This document shows, piece by piece, positions 59,873 through 64,000 of a stretch of DNA of 64,000 bases (positions are counted from its first letter, which is position 1; every line of letters starts with the position of its first letter). Both the position numbers and the translations under genes were made by a program. This stretch comes from Fistulifera solaris (taxonomy: Eukaryota), in assembly GCA_030295235.1 (NCBI GenBank), contig AP026150.1, forward strand, positions 496,001-560,000, given 5' to 3'. The notes beneath the pieces were generated by a model. It ran no database searches. It saw only the letters and a list, made by a program, of their open reading frames with translations, and was not told the DNA's origin.

Positions 59873-60991
59873 ATGCAGTCGACTTTGCGAATAATACTGG
59901 ATGCGATAGTGCGGTCCATTGTATCACTCGCGGTGATAGGAATCGGAATGAACGCTCAAGCAGTTTGGACGGTGATACCGTCTCCGTTTTTGGCCTTGTG
60001 TGGCGGTTTCATCGCCTTTACGTGGATTTTTCCCACGTTTTGGACGTGTTGTGTATTGGGTATTTTGGGGACGCCATCTTCCTGGAAGAGTATTCTGCAG
60101 AGTCTTCGAAAACAAAACACTATCAAACAACATGGATTATCGAGTATTTTCGCTGTTTTCACAACACTCTGGCAAGGCCTCATCTTTCGACCATTTCATT
60201 GTCCCAAAAAGCTCCGTACACGGCTTCCACAATGGATCATTCCGCTTCTTTTTCGAGAAAATTCCGTCATGATTCCTCCCATCATCCATTCGTCTATCAC
60301 ATTATCCGTTCGCAATGAATACTGGATCTTGGTCAACGGTATAGGAACAAATTTAACAATGGCACAACAAAGTCAAGAAACAATACAACGACTCTTTGCA
60401 AGACCCTGTTGGTTGTATTACATTCCCACCAACAGTCTTTGGTTCGATTTGTTATATAAATTTGTTGAAGATCGCCTGGGATGGACGAAACCATTTCCAC
60501 AACAACAACAACAACAACAACCACTCTTGTTTCAAACCCTACACAATGCCATTGTTCAAGCCGCGGCGGGACGGTATGAACGTGTGGTACTCATCACACA
60601 CGCATCGGGAGTCTGTACCACGTTACAAGAATTACACGATATGGATCCACACTTTTCCCATCTGTTGCAACGATTTTTAGAAGTTTACACATTTGGTGGA
60701 CCCAAGGTACCACACGTGGGTGCGTATTTGGAACATTTGGTCAATGGAAGAGATTCGGTGGCGTGGTGGGGAGTACTGTTTCCGTATCCGCGTGTTTGGC
60801 GAAATGTTCACGGCACGTCGATATCGGTCAACGGACGACTTTGCAAAGAACCCGAGCAATGGGGCCATTTGTTACAAGCGCACTATTTAGAACCCATGAT
60901 AGAAAAGGGGGCCTTTCGGTCCAGTCGTTTAAATGCGTTTCGAAATGGACAAGCAGGAACGCGGGTCTTCCAGTTGAACTCGTCCCAGTAG
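59873..60991 (+). CDS. Membrane-anchored alpha/beta-hydrolase-like hypothetical protein
   Basis: N-terminal TMs; EYWILVNGIGT, VVLITHASG, LEVYTFGG, EHLVN..D.VA..GVL, GHLL..HYL. Confidence 0.65.
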   Translation: MQSTLRIILDAIVRSIVSLAVIGIGMNAQAVWTVIPSPFLALCGGFIAFTWIFPTFWTCCVLGILGTPSSWKSILQSLRKQNTIKQHGLSSIFAVFTTLWQGLIFRPFHCPKKLRTRLPQWIIPLLFRENSVMIPPIIHSSITLSVRNEYWILVNGIGTNLTMAQQSQETIQRLFARPCWLYYIPTNSLWFDLLYKFVEDRLGWTKPFPQQQQQQQPLLFQTLHNAIVQAAAGRYERVVLITHASGVCTTLQELHDMDPHFSHLLQRFLEVYTFGGPKVPHVGAYLEHLVNGRDSVAWWGVLFPYPRVWRNVHGTSISVNGRLCKEPEQWGHLLQAHYLEPMIEKGAFRSSRLNAFRNGQAGTRVFQLNSSQ

Positions 60992-61581
60992 AAAGAGAAA
61001 TGGAAGTTTTCTTTACCGAATCACTTGTCTCATCATTTTGCAATCGGTCAATGCTCATCCCTTGAATTTCGAAAAACAAGGCAACGAACGAAGGATAGCC
61101 AAATATAGCTGGCTTCCCGTGGCCAGATTTTGTCACTTAGTTCGATCCTTTACAAGTAGCTAGTTCAAAAGGGCATGCGGCATGTCGGACGCGGATATTG
61201 TCGCAGCAGTACCTGTACTATACGATTGACAGAGAGAATTGTTTAGAACCGTTTTATTATTTTTACCAACGGACACAAAGTTTTGTATTTAAATCTCACC
61301 TGTGGGCTATTTGTCGGTTGAAGTAGGACGAACTTTGAAGCGCGATAGTCGACTGTAGCCAAACCTCCGCCGCATTTGTTCGAGAGAAAACGGTATTGAA
61401 GAAGATCGACTGAAAAAATGGCGCACCCAGAACCCAAAAATGGCAGGCGACAAAAAATAATAATAATGTGCGATGGCAATAACTCGAATCATTTCTTCCT
61501 TGATTACCAGTATTCATTCAACGAGAGAGTGCGTTTCGATTTGTAACACTCCCAAGATACCATAACAAGTATATCCAAAGC

Positions 61582-64000
61582 ATGATGGAGGAAAGAAACA
61601 ACATTCTCAAAATACCGCAAGAAGCTCCAGGAGAATTACCTTCTCGTTCCTGGGAGGAAGAAGACGAAGACGAAAACGAACCGAGAAACGACGCCGAGGA
61701 AGAAGAGGATGTCAATGATGATGACGACGACGAAGATTCCTCGTTTGGTCCTCCTCCACCACCACCGCCTCTCACGCCGCATCCGGAAGATACTTTAAAT
61801 TATACGATAGCCAGTGATAGCTTATTTTACGATGAAGAGTCACCCCGAAAGACGGATCCTCCGCAAGTGTCTCCCTATTCCAAAGACAGCGAATACAATT
61901 ACGATAACGATATTGACGACGATAGTGTGCCTCCCGGTGCACCCGCAGTGGATTGGGAAGAAGATCAATCGGTTGAAATCCCTCCTACGAAAGTCGTCAA
62001 GCGTTGGGACAAAAAAAGAGACACGAAGAAGAATGTTATTGCGACAAGATAAAAATTACTTTGCGGCCAAAGTAATTGCTTCGGTAGCGTGTTGTTTAAT
62101 CGTTTTGGTGATCATTTTGACCGCAGGATTTGGTTCCGGGGCCTTTCGAAAAGACGAACAAAGCAGTGCCGTAGCTCCTCCGCCGACGATGCCGATAACC
62201 ATTGCACCGACCGTGTCCCCACCCGCCGAAACCCCGGTGGCACCTTCCGTGGACAACAACAATTCCACGGTCAATCGCCCTTCGGTATTGCAAGATCTCT
62301 TACGGTCATCCAGTTATAATCCCGACGCGTTCACTGATGTTCAGAGCGCCGAATCACTGGCAGCCAATTGGCTCATTGTCTCGGATCCATTGCAATTGGA
62401 TCCAACGAAAGATCAATTTCGTATTCAACAAAGATACGCCTTGTTGACTCAGTATTTTGCTGCCGATGGCTCGTGGAGCAATGAAGAAGGCTGGTTGACA
62501 GCGGAAGATGAATGCACTTGGTACGGTGTCCAGTGTGCCCAGGATGCTGGAGGCACTCGGAATGCCGTCGTTGCGATCAATTTCGCCGTCAACAATGTTG
62601 GCACGATTACACCGGATATTGCCATGTTGACGAATGTGACAACATTGAACCTGACGGGTAATCCTTGGGAGGGTGGTTTCCCTACAGCTATCACGAATAT
62701 GCCACAGCTCCGCAGTCTCGACTTGGAAAACTTGGGTCTCACGGACGACATATCGTCCGTGGATTTCTCCGTGTTTTCCAACATGGAAGTGCTTCGCTTG
62801 CGAGGAAACTTTTACAGGGAACATTAAATTCGTTTTACTCCATGATCAATCTCGTGGAAGTGCAAGCCTCCGGTGGCAACAATCTTACTCTGGCAATCAA
62901 CTCGAGTATTGCCAATTTGGCAAAATTGCAAATTTTGAATCTGAATGGATGTTCCATTACCGGCGGATTGGTGGCGGAATTGGGTGCGCTGACCGCCTTG
63001 ACCACCATCGACCTCGGGCGGGCGGCACCGTCTAACACAGTCGGTTTGACGGGGCCCATTCCAGCCAGTATTAATCAACTGACACAACTCACCACACTCG
63101 ACTTGTCCAGTAATCTATTGACGGGAGCGATTCCGGACATGACAGGCGTACCCTTACAGATCCTGCGTCTGAGTAACAATAATTTTGGCCAAGCTGCGAT
63201 TCCGGATTCGATTTACACTTTGACAGGTCTCGTTGACTTGAATATGGCCAATTGCAAGCTTATTGGTAGTATTGGCACCGGCATCGGTAGTTTAACATCA
63301 CTCCGAATATTGGCGCTTGATGCAAACTTTCTCAGTGGTGCTCTACCGGACGCAATGGACCAACTGCTGCAACTGCAAAGCTTGACTTTGCGCTTGAACA
63401 TGTTCGAAACGGCTATACCCGCTTCTTGGACAAGTCTTGTCAATCTTCAAATACTTGACCTACAGAACAGCAGAATCACTGGGCCTATTCCCAGCACTGT
63501 GGGCAGCATGGCAAGTCTGCGTGAACTACGCTTGTCCGAAAATCGAATCACCGGTGCGATTCCTGGTTCGCTCACGCAGCTGGTGTTGTTGGAGGAATTG
63601 GAGCTGCATACGAATGCACTGACAGGTGGAATTCCATTCGATATTGGGTCTCTCGTCAATCTCCGCATTTTAAGACTTCATGACAACACTCGCGCCGTGA
63701 TTCCTGGTTCCGGGCTGGTGGGCCAACTCCCTACGTCGCTCGGCAGCTTGACCAACTTGCTCGAGTTTGAAATCTATGACAATTTCATGAGCGGTCCACT
63801 GCCGTGGGAGATGGGAAGTCTAGTAAAGCTTCAGCTTTTGGATGTTGAATTCAATCTATTCACTGGTTTGGTACCCGATTCTTTTGCGGGACTGTCGTCT
63901 CTGCAAAGTTTTTATCTTTCAGGAAACAACTTTACCGCCGGCGCCCTACTACCCGAGTCTCTATGTTCCATTCCGAATCTGGACTTGGTATCCGACTGCG
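61582..64000 (+). CDS. Single-pass leucine-rich-repeat (plant-type LRR) membrane protein; frameshifts ~62015 and ~62815; truncated by the window end
   Basis: Acidic N-terminus, TM (VIASVACCLIVLVIILTAG), QRYAL..WL...DEC.WYGV.C cap, then many L.L..N.LTG.IP..LG.L..L repeats to position 64000. Confidence 0.88.

Noticed and set aside
1343..62830. Calling the frameshifted genes pseudogenes
   Set aside because: Includes likely essential genes (DHODH, cyclin); breaks sit in homopolymers with catalytic motifs intact, so assembly error is more parsimonious.

Overview
Gene-dense eukaryotic nuclear DNA, most consistent with a diatom: short GT-AG introns, bipartite plastid-targeting presequences, and HSF and LRR-membrane families typical of diatoms. 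The taxon is an inference. About 30 protein-coding genes are supported: Tab2/ATAB2, MSS51-like, cyclin, amino-acid transporter, HMT1/ABCB6, PDZ-BTB protein, calpain, TLC protein, IMPACT, HSF, tyrosine phosphatase, DHODH, CTP-dependent lipid kinase, YjbQ, PX-Ysc84, MYND-SH3BGR protein, sugar porter, MFAP1, FG-GAP membrane protein, MATE, ExeM/NucH nuclease, bL17 and an LRR protein. Many genes are split by single-base frameshifts in homopolymers, which points to long-read assembly error rather than mass pseudogenisation. Best leads: (1) three clustered paralogues sharing an identical phase-2 intron and SILK/RVxF-type PP1-docking strings; (2) an unnamed ~90-aa domain present three times across a PDZ-PDZ-BTB gene and its neighbour; (3) a MYND + 3x SH3BGR + WEKPEW-repeat protein; (4) an intron-containing bacterial-type ExeM nuclease; (5) two ACGT- or GGTTCAGG-containing minisatellites in divergent promoters; (6) a recurrent intergenic GTACCWGGTA palindrome; (7) a degenerate ~450-bp duplication 19 kb apart. 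No rRNA, tRNA, CRISPR array or intact transposon was recognised. All family calls are from motif recognition; no database search was run.
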